64,000 nucleotides of DNA, from the NCBI GenBank assembly GCA_964106915.2, contig OZ066919.1. One strand, written 5' to 3'. A program made the position numbers and the translations under genes. Every line of letters starts with the position of its first letter. Within the stretch, counting starts at the first letter, position 1. Below the pieces are notes generated by a model, which was not told the origin of the DNA, made no database searches, and saw nothing but the letters and a program-made list of their open reading frames with translations. This document shows positions 12,456 to 25,901 of this stretch, in pieces. The stretch is from Podarcis gaigeae (Eukaryota).

Positions 12456-15400
12456 AGGAATCAGCTGGTGAAATTGATGGTTTGACCTTTATTCTCTGGG
12501 AAACTGCCCTTAAGCAGTTATCATAGGTTGCTGATGTCACCATATAACTTTTTATCTCTATTATTTTCCTTTTGTACAGCATTTGAAACTGAATCTGTAA
12601 TGTTTTCAGCTTTGGTCTATTGAACATAATATCTGTCTGTCAATGATTTGTCACATCTGTTTAACAGATATCCTATTTCTAGGCTATTTGTCCTGAATAA
12701 GAGAAAATGCTCTTGTTGCTTTTAACTCACAAGCTTAACACAACTGCTCTGTACTATTGTGATCTGATCTTATGGGCTACTTTGCATGCTATGAGACAGA
12801 AATGCTCTTTTCCTCATTGAGCATTGCAATATGTGGAGGACAGAGGAGTGTCTGAAAATACCTGGGAGATTCAGTTGGCCCAAGTTCCTGAGCTCTCGGT
12901 GTATTTTCAAACAAATGCATCTTTCCTTGCAGATCTTTCTCACTTGGTGCCATTGTCTTTGCTTGACGTGAGCTGTGAGCAAGCCTCTCCAACTGTTAAG
13001 AGATAATACTAAATCAATCATATGAAGAGAAACAATTTTAGCTTGAAATGTGTCAGGATAAGCCATGTGCTCTATCTGTCAACCAAGCACAGTTCCCAAA
13101 ATTTTGTCAAGCGCTGGAATTACAATGATTGGCGCCTAGGATAAGACAATGTAGTTGCAGCAAGGTGCAAGGCAAATAGGACAGGGTTGATTCTCAGAGG
13201 CTGGGGTCACAGGCTAAACTTCTACTGCACCCTTTTATTTTCTCCCACATGAGTGTATCTCATTGCATTCTACAGGGACAAGGAGTACAGCATGACTCTC
13301 GTCACATTATGGCAATTGTGTGAGGGGCAACGCCTGAAGTGTGCTACGGAACAGTATTTTCTGCACATGTGGTCACTATATATATATCCCTAGGAATCCT
13401 GCGCAGGTTTGGAGGGCTACATGAAAAAATGGAGTACCATTTTATATCTGTGCTATTTTGAAAGTTGTTTCACAGCATCCATACTTAAAATAATGTGCTA
13501 TAAATTGTCTCTGACAGAGAAGCAAAGCCGTTTGTGCTTCTGCATATGTGGAATAGCAGCAGGTGATTCTGCAACCTAGGATGAAGATCACTGACACAGG
13601 GTGATATGCTGTGTCAGAGAAGCTAGAAATTGCAGCGACTGTTGCAGGCAAAACTGAGGCCCACTGGCACATCTGCACTGAGAGAATTTGTGAGGAGCCA
13701 TTTTTAGCTCGCTTCCCAGCATGAGCTGCCTTGCGTTTCTCAAAAACATCCAAATTCAATTAGCATGTTTTTATGTGTGTGCTTTCTAAAGAAAATACAG
13801 CACTGAATCCTGGGTCCTTGCTGCTATTTCTGCTAGTGATTTATTTTTATTTTTATTTTTTGCTTGCTTCTGCAGAAATTAATGAGCCCTGAGGATACAC
13901 AATTGGGCATGTTGCACCTGGAGTCGCGCTCAGTGATTACACAACAGCTTGAGGGGTTAAAGAGAAAACAACAGCAGAACACTTGTAAATGTCCAGGGAT
14001 TGCCACCAGCCCACATAGTGGAGGCAGATTCATCCTGCTGTGGTCCCCAACCTCCATACTGGGAAGCAAATCCCACTGATATTAAGTGGACTTCCTTCTG
14101 AGTATACTAGTGCTGTACCAAAATTTGCCTCTGGTTTTTTGGAGGTTTTTGTTCACTGTGAAAGAGGCTTAAACTTTTCTGCCTCATTCTTAGGACAGTT
14201 GAGGATTTCTCTGGCGACTGTGGGAAACCATGTATTAATACTAGTTCTGCTGTGGTTTAATGCCTCACCACCACCACCTTTAGAGTTTTTGTGATGGATC
14301 ACTGATCTGTCATTTGAACAACTACTTTCTATGCACACAGTTCCTCTTCTGTATACCTTACCCTTAACCATCCCTTCCACATAAAGCTTCTTTACATCAC
14401 TTCATCCTTTGAGCATGGCTTGTTCACACTGCACGATAGCTCTTTTCCATTGCTTGAGTAGCTCAAAGAGGCTGTGCTGTAAACTTGGGACCTTACTATT
14501 CCCAAATCTTGCCTAATGCTTTATTTAGGAAACATAGGTTGTTCTCATTCCTTGGCTTCACCTGTGGAAATAATTCTTGAAAGAGAGAGAGAAAGAGAGA
14601 ATAAGTGAACAATAGAGCACCTGAAATGATTTCTCATGGCTTATGTGACATTTTTACACTGGCTTGATGTAGTTCAGAGACCCTTATGCAGAATATTATG
14701 AACAGAGCTGCACTCACGCCTGTCACTCGGCGGGAGGTGGGAGAAGATTAATGCCATGCCCTAAAGATTCTCCTCACGTTGCAGGGAGAAGGGCAAGACA
14801 GTCAAAGCAGAGGGAAGGCTGGGCCCCTGCCTGTATAAATGATAGGCCTTCTTACACCAAGCCTAGGGGAGGCAGGTGAACTCTGTATGGAAGAGGTGGG
14901 AACATTGACTCTTGAAGGTTATTTGAATTAAAAGGGTGGAGGGGCGTTCTTCTTTTAACTGCAGCCAGAGAAGAGCCACAGAAAGGTTACATACATAGTT
15001 CAGTTCAAGGAAACCTTATTGCCATGAAAAAACTTTACATAAATTGCCAAGGTTTGTGAAAGCGATAGATCCCCTCAGGCCAATCCCAGGAAGTTTTCAT
15101 TGGACCAGGTAATTAGCATTTGCTATGGGGGAGTCATTCCAAGAAGTTGTGAAAGGGAAGACATGAGGGAATAGATGGGTTTTCTGCTCATTACCCAATA
15201 CCAAAGTTTGGTGTGCAATTTATTCCAGTACAGCTGGAGGGTATCTCTTTACCCTCCTGAGTGAAGCTAGGCATACTAATCAACATCTACATAGGATTGC
15301 CACTTCGTCCACGGCGAAGCTGCCTCCTCACCAAGCCTGCTGTTGTGTCTGAATTTGCACATGTGAATTCATTTAAATTTAAGCAAATTTAAAATCGGCG

Positions 15401-16104
15401 ATTGCCGAACACTGCTGCTCAACTAAGATCACCCAAACACTGCAAGATGACAGAGCCAAAATAATGAGGCTATTTTAAGGTTGACCTGATCAGAGTTAAG
15501 AAAATGGGGGGGGGGGGGGTCACTCAAGCTAGCAAGGAGAAAATATATTGCCCTGGTAATGCATAATAGTACTAAGGAGAATTGTAAGCATTGTATCCGT
15601 TTCTATCCGTTTAAAGTTTCATAATTGCAGGCAATTATGAGATGTGTCATTAATTGTTTTAATTGCTATAAGGGCTGAAGATTACGAGTGCAAGGTGATA
15701 TTCCCCACTATCAACAGAGCAGTGCTTTTTCACAAACTTCCATTAATTTCAGTTAGAGATATAATTTTCTGGAAATTTTGAAGCCATTGTGAATTCCCCA
15801 GACACCCTTTTTTTAAAGGACATGTTGAGAAAATTTTAATATATGCAGTACATTATTTCTTATTAAACCTGGACTTATTTCACTCCATTTACAACATAAA
15901 GGGGACTCATTTGCAACTTAATAAGAATATGAAATTTGGCTTTATGGTTGGAACAGGGAACAGGATATGGTTGTGGGCAATTAGAGAAATTGTCTGGAAG
16001 TTTGCTTAGAAATAATACCCTCTTCGTGTAGTGGCTCTTACTTCCCAACAAACACAAATACGATGGCAGCCTTGAAAGTATAAATGTTCTTGGCTGCAGT
16101 CCTA

Positions 16105-16420
16105 GGGGCCTTTTTCAGCCTGAGGACCAAAACTCCTTATGAGCTACACACTGGTGGCAAAAAGTGGGTGAAGTAGTGGAGGCAATTCATACCTATGTAT
16201 AGTGGGCTACATTCCAGTAGTTACACGCATCAGAAGTTTCTACATGCCTACAACCATCTCTCTATCCAGGCAAGCAAGATGCATTATCACAGTGCAAGGA
16301 GACATTCCAGCTGGTTGAGGAGGACATGGAACAGGACCAAGAAGAGATTTGAACTGGGGGAAGACAGAAAAGGCTTAGAGGGCTACATGTGGACCCTAGC
16401 CTGAGGTTCCCCATCCCTCT
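16105..16420. mobile_element. Decayed hAT-like element apparently inserted in a short hairpin repeat
   Basis: cctttttcagcctgagg start and gcctgaggttccccatccct end; flanks ggctgcagtcct / cacttacctggg...cccattgaa...ggattgtac rejoin into the short hairpin family seen at 28207-28366. Confidence 0.45.
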
Positions 16421-18214
16421 TATGTGCACTTACCTGGGGGTCCCATTGAACCCAAAGCAGACATGCATTGGATTGTACCTTTGTACCAAGATGCCTGTGT
16501 CATAGCCACTGGAAGTGAGAGGTGTGAAGATTAACCCCAAGGGAGCGGCCAGGTCAAGAAGGCATCAGATTCATGATACTTGCTTCTAGAATCTCCAAAA
16601 TCACCGGAAGAGGGCAAGCAGCAATTTACAAAAAATGAAGGCCCTGTATGCCCATCTCATGAAGATGGCAGCCTCTTGTATCTTGATTCAAGTGTGGTAT
16701 AAATCTACAGTATAGATAGGAGCTATAATTTTCTGTAGTTTTTTCATTTTGTTTTGGGGCAGAACACACCTAAGTGGGGCTGAGGGGTTGCAGACCCCCT
16801 GCTGCATCCCAAGCCTGGCTGGCTTACGCCAGGCAGAGTCGAAGACAGGGAGGTGGTAGTTTTGTATTCAATTTAGATTGGAGGGGTGTGTGGAGGATCA
16901 GGGTTCTTGGGGGATTTCTGAGGATTTGGTTCTTGTGGATCCAAAACTACTGGCATATTGCCCTGCATCAGACCTTTCAGAGCTTTCTGCCCACCTGGGC
17001 ATAGACCATGGCATAGCAGATCACCATCACAAACGCCTCTCTTTCTGCAGAGGCTAATGGAGACGTACCTACAGACCATGCATAACTAAATATATTGCTG
17101 GGCCAGTTAGCTTTTAGTGCTGGGATACTTGTAGAAATAAATTTGTATTTTTATTTCATATTACTGTTGTACCGTGGATGTTTTTCATCATTAAAGCTGT
17201 GTTGTATGTACTTTGCTCAGGAACTCAGCCAATAAATATTTTGAATAATAAAAGCATGTGTATTATAAAGCCTTGTATTAAAACAGATTCCAGTGAGTCC
17301 TCCCACCATGTCCCCCCCCCCATTCCAATATTTTTCATCAGAAAAGATGGAATCAAGACACACTTGTGTGTGTAGTAAAGATAGTAGATGGGTTTTAAAA
17401 GCAATCCAATCCCCAGAAATCCTCCAAAAACAATCTAAACTTTTCTTGCTAGTTTTTCTGTTTTGGGAATGCTTGCGAATATGTTTGTGTAGCATTCATC
17501 ATTTTGTCTATCAGTAAATTTCAATTGTTATCAAGGGATCTGTTTCAGTGATGTGTGCAGGAATGTGGGAATTGACATTTACTAATAAAAATAAAATCCT
17601 GCCAACTCTATACAGAAAAGCTCCATAGGAATGCGAGTTCCAAGAGCCTGTAATTAGAACTTGCACCTGGTGCCCTGTCACAAAGTCTCACAGCAACTTA
17701 CATTGATGTTGACTTCATAGTCTTGTTGCTGTTTTGAAAAGTAAGAAAGAAAAGTTCTGGGAAAGACAAAGGAGTTTTTGGACTCTGTTACATTAATGCT
17801 GGGAAGGTTAGTTTCTTCTTGAATGATGTGAATACCTACAATTCTGGCTATGTTTGTCAGCAAGACCATTCCAATAATTGGCAGGGCTGCAAAGAGATTA
17901 AAAGTGTGTTCCCAAAATTTGGAAATATTTAAAGATACAGGGGAAACACTATACATTTGCATAGGAGTGCTTCAGTCTCAATCTGAAAATATAGCAAATA
18001 AATATATTTTTTCTTTACCAGGGCTGTCACTCACTTCAATAATAAATCTTGGTTCATTTCAAATGAGTTTTAGTCAATTAACTGGTGGATTATCTGATTG
18101 AATATGTTTATGAATAAAAAGAATTATAAAGATAAATTAAAAGTGTGATAAAATAACCTTTCCGGCTCACTGTATCATCTGCAGAGTCCAAGATATTATT
18201 TTACCCTTACATTC

Positions 18215-18300
18215 TTTGCAGTCTTGCTGCTAGTATTCAGAGATACACTCCCTCTGCTTATGGAAGTTCCATTTAGCTGTTGTTGCTAATAGCCATTTAT
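18215..18300 (-). mobile_element. CR1-like 3' UTR fragment
   Basis: tagtattcagagatacactcc...tggaagttccatttagc...ctaatagccatt is reverse-complementary to the kind of CR1 3' region seen at 56580-56650. Confidence 0.4.
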
Positions 18301-20554
18301 ATTTCCTCCTGTTTACTCCAGCAGATTCAAGTAGGCTGAACTAATGTCAAGAAGGTGGCTTGGTGGCTCTGTCCCATCAGACTTGCCACTACTGTAAATG
18401 TTGGTTGGTTATTATTGTATCTTATTTACTGCATGGTGCAAAATCATCCTGATACTAAACTGCAAACCAACAACTGAATTTCAGTGCCTCTCTGGGCCCA
18501 GATTTTCTCCCACAACACACACACACAATCCTTTTTCTTTTCCTTCAAGGCAAATAATGCTGTTCCTTGGAGCTTATTTCTTGCAACACTTTTATTAAAC
18601 ACAACACAAAATGCTTAATCAATTAATCGGTTCAGTTAATTGACTAATGTTGCTGCTCCACTCTTCAGGGGTTTCTGAAAATACAGTATGTGTTGTGCAT
18701 TTTCAAGATTTAGTGCTAGTCTGAGGATGAATGTACAGTACTCAGGGCAAGTTGTCGTCAGTATCTCCCAGAACACTAGTTGTTAAATTTATTTTCTTGA
18801 GCACTACTGCTCCAGTTTGCTTATTCTTGGCAGACCACATTTCTTCCTTTATGGCCTCCATGTGAGAAGCCACTTGAAAGACCTGAATTAAAATCCAACT
18901 TCCTCTACCCTCCAGTGGAAGTCTGCTGGACACCTGGGCTAAAGGGGGAGGAGAATCATTGCTATCTTGCAAGTAGATGCTATTAGATTTATACAAAATC
19001 CATTGAGCTGCAATTGCCTTGTGTGTGCATCTTGTAGATGTGTCCATGAGTGCTCATATGACCAGAGGTGGAGCCTATTGCTTTCTGCTGTCTGTGTGGA
19101 GTTAGAGCCCTACTGTGTGACTTGGCCTTGACTCTGCATGATGTACCGTACCACCTGCCTCCAATTTCTAAACTGCTCTAAATCATCTTTTTCTGAAATT
19201 TGGACAGCTTGTACCTCTTACCTGGGAAATGCTCCAGACCATATTTCCTAGGACAAATGTTCTTAATTTTATTATTGGCCCACTGCTACACTACTGTTCC
19301 ACACCACACTATCAGAATTTATTGTAAAGAAAGCTGTTGTCATATGTGTATCTATTTTTTGTCACCTCTCAGAGCACCCTTTGCTGGTTGTGAAGTAATT
19401 GCCTAGCAAATGTTTTAGTGTCAGGAGCCACAGAGGCACAGGAACCTCTGGAAGTAAATTGTAAGGAAACTCTGTGCCCTATAACCCTAAAATGTGTAAG
19501 TCCCATGAAAACAGCTTTGTGTCTCCGCTGGATTTTCTGGCTGGTGAGTCCGGCATGGGGGTGGGGTGGGGGGGTTGGACAAGGAGTAAATGCTAGATGC
19601 CCAGATGATTTACAAGCATTTAGGATTGGGTTGAGGGCTAAGAAAAGTAAAGAAGGGCTATCAATTGATCAGGAAGGCCATAAATGTTCCTAGTGTCCTG
19701 AAAAGAAGTGAGATGAACCGGCAGAAATGCATAAGGATGGAAAGAGCTGGGAAATAAAATGAGGAGGGTAAAACGCAAACCATTTTAAATTTGAAGTTAA
19801 ACTGCTTTTCCAGATGGTTTTCTATACATGATCCTGAATATAGTTGCTGCACTGAAACCAGGGAGCTCTGTTGTTGTTAAGTTAATCAAATATATTTTGC
19901 TCAATGTTTACACCCATTCCAGTGAGATATCTCTTCTGATAATGATTATGCTGGATGGGTGGAATACATAAGGTTGAGATTGATTGCAGTTGGAACAGGC
20001 TTTAAAAAAGTAACGGTTTGGCTTATGTATTGAGAGCTGAAGCTATAGGCTCTCTCATCTTAATGGAATTCAAGGCATACTTTAAAAAAATGAAATACCT
20101 ATATATACCTTTTCCAATCTTGCCAAGTTCTGTGTTAAGGCAAGATGTTAAGGTACTTACTGGTCATGTACACACAGTTCAGAATTTAAATATATCTGCA
20201 CTTTGTGTAGCCGTGCAAAAAAAAAAAAAGAAGAAGAATTGTAATTGGGTCAGAAACCTGCATTTACAAATGTTTCCACTTGAGTGGAAATTAAAATGAA
20301 CATTTTCAGATTCTGAGCATACCCACCTGCAGCGTTTAAATAGTTTTGAGTAGAATTAATGGATCCCTTAAAAGCAGCAGTCCATCTCACCCCTGCCTAA
20401 CCCTGCCCATCCACCCCCACCCCAGTAAGCAGCGGCATCAGCAATGTTGGGAGTCTAGTGCCATGGCACTACTCCACTCCACAACTGTTCACACAAATGT
20501 AGAAGAGGCCAAAGCAGATATCCAGAAAGATATCATGGAGTCTTCTGACTGATA

Positions 20555-20657
20555 CCAGCTGGACTACAACTCCCATAATTCCTGACCACTGGCTATTCTG
20601 GCTGCAGTTGATGAGAGCTGGTGTCCAACAACATCTGGAGGGCCACAGGTTCCCCAT
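20555..20657. mobile_element. Short hAT-like MITE (partial)
   Basis: ctggactacaactcccataattcctgaccactggctattctggctgcagttgatgagagctggtgtccaacaacatctggagggccacaggttcccca; same family as 6150. Confidence 0.6.
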
Positions 20658-22144
20658 AACACTAGTTTAGAAGAAATTAAACTACAGGAAATTAATCTTA
20701 TGACAGGGGTGGCTTGAGAACTGCATTATCCCGATAAAAAGCTTTGGGGCAGTAGTGGACCTGGTTTCCCAGTGTGATGAGGATGCCATGCAGTCACTCC
20801 TGCTCTTTAGAGGGGACCTAGTCCTCTAAGAAGGTATTTCCAGCTTCACAGAAGACACTGATTTCATTTAAAAAAGAAAAAAAGCTGTACACAGTGTGCA
20901 TAGTAGGCCAAAGTGCGAACAAGATGGATCCCCCTAGGAAGCGCAGAGGACAGATCTTACTGTGTGAGCAGATCCACTCAAGAGCAGTCAGTCCTAACTC
21001 CTGTCAAGTCCTACTTTCATGTCACCTCATGATCAAGTGTATCGAAGAGGACTAAAAAATCGAATAGGCTTAGCAGGATATAATTTCCACTGTCAGTTTC
21101 AAGATACAGATCAGTGACTACAAGGATGCTGCTGCTGCCTTATAGGGATGAAAACTGGGCTGGTATGGCTTCTTGTTGAGGAAGTCCTTGGTTAGAGAGG
21201 GATTGGCAAAGAAGGATGCTCCTGTTGGCTCATTACTGCCCTTTCCCCTCTCATTATGGCATTCGACTTTTAGATTAAACTTCCAGGTTCTCTTTTTCCT
21301 GCAATCACTTACACGTAATAGAGAAATCTGGCTAAAATTAGTCTGAGGTCATTTAAGAGAAGCTACCTGACAAGCAAGACATTTTAATTACTTTTAATTG
21401 ATCTAAAAAAAGAGCATAAGCAGGTGGGATAACATACTGCTCCATTTTTCTCTGCTAGCAGATAATTTGTCCGATTTTAAGAGCTCTAGCACTTGTCCTT
21501 GCCTAAGTCAATCTTAGGACATTTCTGAATTGTCACTCAGTTTGCACACGCGTGCACACAATCACAATATCCCATGGACATTATTGTCTATTCAACAGGG
21601 GCCATTCAGCAAAGTATTACTGTAAGCTCTGCGTGTGTCTTTCAAACTGCATGGCTGTGTGTTTGTCTGTGTTTAATATTATCACATAATTTGCAAACTA
21701 CACGTGATTGAGGGGATGAGAGGTTAAAGCTGGTTTTTTCCTTTTGAATGAGGAAAATCCAACATGAATTTATTCTAGCAGAAATTAATGTCTTTGCTCC
21801 GAGTGCACTGGCTTTTCAGAAAGTGCAATGCTTTATGCAGCATTTCAGTCTCTCTTTTTAATGTTGTTTAGAATTACTCACTTTTAATTCCCTGCTTAAT
21901 CCTTTCCCACCTGCCTATCTGAGCCCCAAGGTTCCCAGCATGAACTTGCCTTGATGTCCATTTCCTTCCCCATTTTTAACACATTCCTGTTGTTTAATTG
22001 TCCGATCAGCAGTCACCACACTGAAATGTTTCTAGCTTTCTCATAAGGGAAGCATAGTTTCTACCAATGCCAATGCAGAAGTAATGGCTTTTCACAATGG
22101 AGAATACTTAAAATCCATGTTTTTCCCTACAACCACCTGAGTCA

Positions 22145-22302
22145 CATCCACACCATACATTTAAAGCACATAGCTTTCCCCAAAGAATCATGGGAACAGT
22201 AGTTTGATATGAGTGCTGGGAATTGTAGCTCTCTGCTGGGTAAACTGCAGTTCCCTTGATTCTTTGGCAAAAACCATGTGCTTTAAATGTATAGGATGGA
22301 TG
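22145..22302. mobile_element. Palindromic MITE-like repeat
   Basis: catccacaccatacatttaaagcacat...ccaaagaatcatgggaacagtagttt pairs with aaactgcagttcccttgattctttgg...atgtgctttaaatgtataggatggatg. Confidence 0.7.
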
Positions 22303-22322
22303 CATGTCTGGGATTTGGTATA

Positions 22323-22554
22323 CAGTCATACCTCATGTTACGTCCGCTTCATGTTACGTTCTTTCAGGTTACGTCCCGTGGCAACCCGGAAGTACCGGAA
22401 AGCGTTACTTCTGGGTTTCGCCGCTTGCGCATGCACAGAAGCGCAAAATGACATCACGTGCCTGCACAGAAGTGGCAAATCGCAAATCGCAACCCGCACA
22501 TGCGCGGACGCACCGCTGCAGGTTGCATTCTTTTCGCAACCAGAGGTACCACTG
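22323..22554. mobile_element. Tigger-like MITE, 232 bp
   Basis: TA-cagtcatacctc ... gaggtaccactg-TA; CpG-rich interior with aacccggaagta / tacttctgggtt inverted motif. Confidence 0.85.
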
Positions 22555-23417
22555 TACTGTGACTGCTTTAATTTACTTATTTCTCCCCTTTTCTCTGGCA
22601 AAATGAGAACAAGGCACTTTAATGCAACCTCATACATTTAACTTACAGCTGCTGTTGTCATTCTTCTAAAAACCAAGTCAAACCCTAACAGCAGCAGTTC
22701 CACATGTTTAAACACAAAACTACTTTGAAAAGACAGTTGGGTGCCCACTTTTATTTGTTTATAATTTGAAGTATTTTCACCCTGCTGCTTGGCTGCAAAG
22801 GGCTCTCAGAGCAGATTACAAGATAAATAAGAAGACAGTTTCATGCCCTCAGGTAGACAAAATACACAAAACAAAAGGAAAAGCCATTTGAAAGGGAGGT
22901 GCAAACTCAGGACCACAGATCCCCTTACAAAGTTTACTTAACAACTAGCTGGAAAGGAAATGTTCAAGGAGAGGAGCCAAAGATGTCTGGTCTCTCAGCA
23001 GATCCAATGGAGAAGCGCTGCTTCCCCTCTTCCCCTCTGCTATAGGCTGGTGAAATGGCAGATGTCAGGTGACAGTTGATGTGGGAAGCAGATGGTGCTG
23101 ACCAGCAACAGAGAAGATGGCAACACTGCTTCCCTTCCCTCCCTGTGCTGTAACCTGACAGAACTGGCTGCTGCCTGGTAACAGCTGATGGAGTTGGCAA
23201 AGTGGGTGGGTGAATAATTTGTAACTCTTTACACTTCTGTGGCTTGTCTGTTCTGGCTCAGGGAAAAAGAAACTAGGATGAGAGGTTGTGGAGTGCTAAT
23301 AGCAGCAAGTAGGATGAGGGTTCTTTATTTCTCTTCACCTGGGCACATTTTTTGCTTTCAAAATCAACCCACCCATTTCCCTATTTCCTAGAGGATGGGG
23401 CAGTTCTTTGTTTACAT

Positions 23418-23663
23418 CAGCAACCTTTTTCAGCCGTGGGCCAGTCCACCGTCCCTCAGACAATGTGGTGGGCCAGACTATATTTTTTTGGGGGGGGGAG
23501 AGAATGAATTCCTATGCCCCACAAATAACCCAGAGATGCATTTTAAATAAAAGGACACATTCTACTCATGTAAAAACATGCTGTTTCCCGGACCGTCCAT
23601 GGGCCGGATTTAGAAGGCAATTGGGCTGCATCCAGCCCCTGGGCCTTAGGTTGCCTACCCCTG
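23418..23663. mobile_element. hAT-like MITE with shortened left TIR
   Basis: Right end ggttgcctacccctg; left cagcaacctttttcagccgtgggcc; 8-bp flanks gtttacat / gtttaaat. Confidence 0.7.
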
Positions 23664-23899
23664 GTTTAAATGCAAGGGAAAGTTTCCATCTCAAGTCGTG
23701 GGACCTGGAAACAGTAATAAGCAGGAAGTCCCTTTCATTGAAGACTTCATAAATACTGAATTTGCAACACCCTATTGATTTCTGCAAATGAATATAATTT
23801 CTTAGGAGCAGAAGTGGGAAGCAAACTGAAAATATTAGCATACAGAACTTACATTTTTTTAAGGAAGGGTTTTTTCCCCTTAACAGCTTTCTTCTTCTA

Positions 23900-24127
23900 T
23901 TTGAATTTAATTTATTTACCTATTTAATGTGTTTATATTCCATCTTTCCTGCAAGATAAGTGTAGGGCTCAACTCCTTTTCCTGTGATCCACACAACAAT
24001 TCTGTGAGGTAGGTTAGGTGGAGAGCTGGTGACAAGTTCAAAGTCACCCAGTAAGCTTCATGGCTGAGTGGGGATGTGAACCCTAATGTCCCAGGCCCTA
24101 GTCCAACAGTCGGACCATGACACCACT
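23900..24127 (-). mobile_element. MIR/CORE-like tRNA SINE (Squam3-like)
   Basis: Reverse strand reads gtggtg...ttggactagggcctgggacattagggttcacatccccactcagccatgaagcttactgggtgac...cctaacctacctcacagaattgttgtg, followed by an A-rich (aata)n tail. Confidence 0.75.
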
Positions 24128-25522
24128 TAAATGGTGCTGCGCTTGTGATGTATGGGAGGGGGGCAGGAAACAACAGTAGCATTGCTCTGTTTATTCTTAT
24201 TTTTGAAATTGAACATTTTAAAACTTTAGTTACACATTCCATGGTAACCTGAATAAATAGCAGCCTTGTTAAGGGTGTGGCTTGACCAAAATGACCTGGT
24301 GGGCCAAATGTGGAGGCCTAGAGGACATAGTTCCCCACTGGGATATATGAAAACACACATTGACTAGCAGCTGCTGGTTTAGAAAGTGATAAACAGATCC
24401 ATTTTTACTGTCACTCTCCCTCCCTTTTCATAAGAGTAAGAATAACAAGGTTGGAAACTATATTCTCAAGTCAGGTAATTACTTAAAGGACAAAGCTGAA
24501 ATGTCCCATTGCCCAATTCAAAAAGTGCTCAACTATGAAATTTAAAAGCAAACCCCATACTCCTTGTTCTCTCTCTATCAGGACTTCCTTTCCTATTCCT
24601 TTTCAGTACTGTACTGTTAGAGGCTTTTCAGTAAATGAGTTTGGCGGCTAGTCAGCCGGTGAGGAAGGGGAATTGTTCACGCTGGGCGCTAACAGAAAAG
24701 AAACATAACTCACAATATGGAGAAGGGAGCTTTGAAATTGCACAAATTATTCCATTTTATATTTTAATTAGTTTGAATTAGCAATGGGAATAGATGCATA
24801 AAATGATCCAGTGAAGGGTGAAATGGGAAAAGGGATACGGTATAGTGTATCACTTTATTATTATGAAGTTTGCAGGGAGTGAATGTAAGAGGCACGCAGA
24901 CCCTCTCCTGGTTGCTGAGACTCATCAAGCTGATCCATGAAGACTCAGCAGGGATGCATGGAAAGTTGTCATATGCAGAACCACCTACAAGTTCATGGAA
25001 ACCAAAGGATCACCTCTGGCCTGGACGTTCTTTCCTTCACTACTGAGAGGAGGGCATTTCCTTTACATACTGCTAATACATGTTGCTATTACTGGCTTTC
25101 CCCCAAAATGCCATTCTAGATGCTGTGAAAGTCCCAAACGCCATGTAAAACACTAGCATTCGGTGTAGAAATAGTGAGATGAGATCAAGCAGATGGAGAA
25201 AAAAACATATATTTTTTTAAAAAAGCAGTCACTTTGCTCTCTGTATATCTTTTAATGATTTCAATTCCAAAGGACAAAGGACATGTAAAGATTTAGTGGC
25301 TACTAGAAAAGACACTTCAAATTGCATCCTTGAGAAGATTTTGAAATACTTTCAGAATTCATGTTTTAGGTAAAAACGTCTTCTTGAAGTAGATTGAGGT
25401 TGGTCATCACATCTTATCTGAGATTAATTTTACATCATTACTGTAATTGTCATATGTATGCATGCATTTTTGAAAGACAGTGTGGTCTTACTATCTCTAT
25501 CTTTCAAAGGGAGAGAAGAGTA

Positions 25523-25764
25523 CGGTAGTACCTTGGGTTACAGACGCTTCAGGTTACAGATGCTTCAGGTTACAGACTCTGCTAACCCTGAAGTAGTACC
25601 TCGGGTTAAGAACTTTACTTCAGGATGAGAACAGAAATCGTGCAGCAACAGCGTGGCGGCAGCGGGAGGCCCCATTAGCTAAAGTGGTACCTCAGGTTAA
25701 GAACAGTTTCAGGTGAAGAATGGACCTCCGGAACGAATTAAGTTCTTAACCCAAGGTACCACTG
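25523..25764. mobile_element. Tigger-like MITE, 242 bp
   Basis: TA-cggtagtaccttgggtt ... aacccaaggtaccactg-TA; internal repeats ggttacaga/ggttaaga; related in reverse orientation to 54916-55157. Confidence 0.88.
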
Positions 25765-25841
25765 TAAATGACTGTTTGTGCATAAAGATGAGCCATACTT
25801 TTTGGTTTATTGTAACTGATGCTGGCTGATCACTCTCACTT

Positions 25842-25901
25842 TGCTCCTCATATGGCATAATAAACAAACCTGCTCCTCATATGGCATAATAAACAAACCT
25901 G
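25842..25901. repeat. Perfect 29-bp tandem duplication
   Basis: tgctcctcatatggcataataaacaaacc twice, starting at 25842 and 25871. Confidence 0.95.

Noticed and set aside
19557-19578. G-quadruplex motif
   Set aside because: Short G runs are frequent throughout this window and nothing indicates function.
22213-22641. 142-aa ORF and overlapping ORFs
   Set aside because: Spans two adjacent MITEs; no coding signature.
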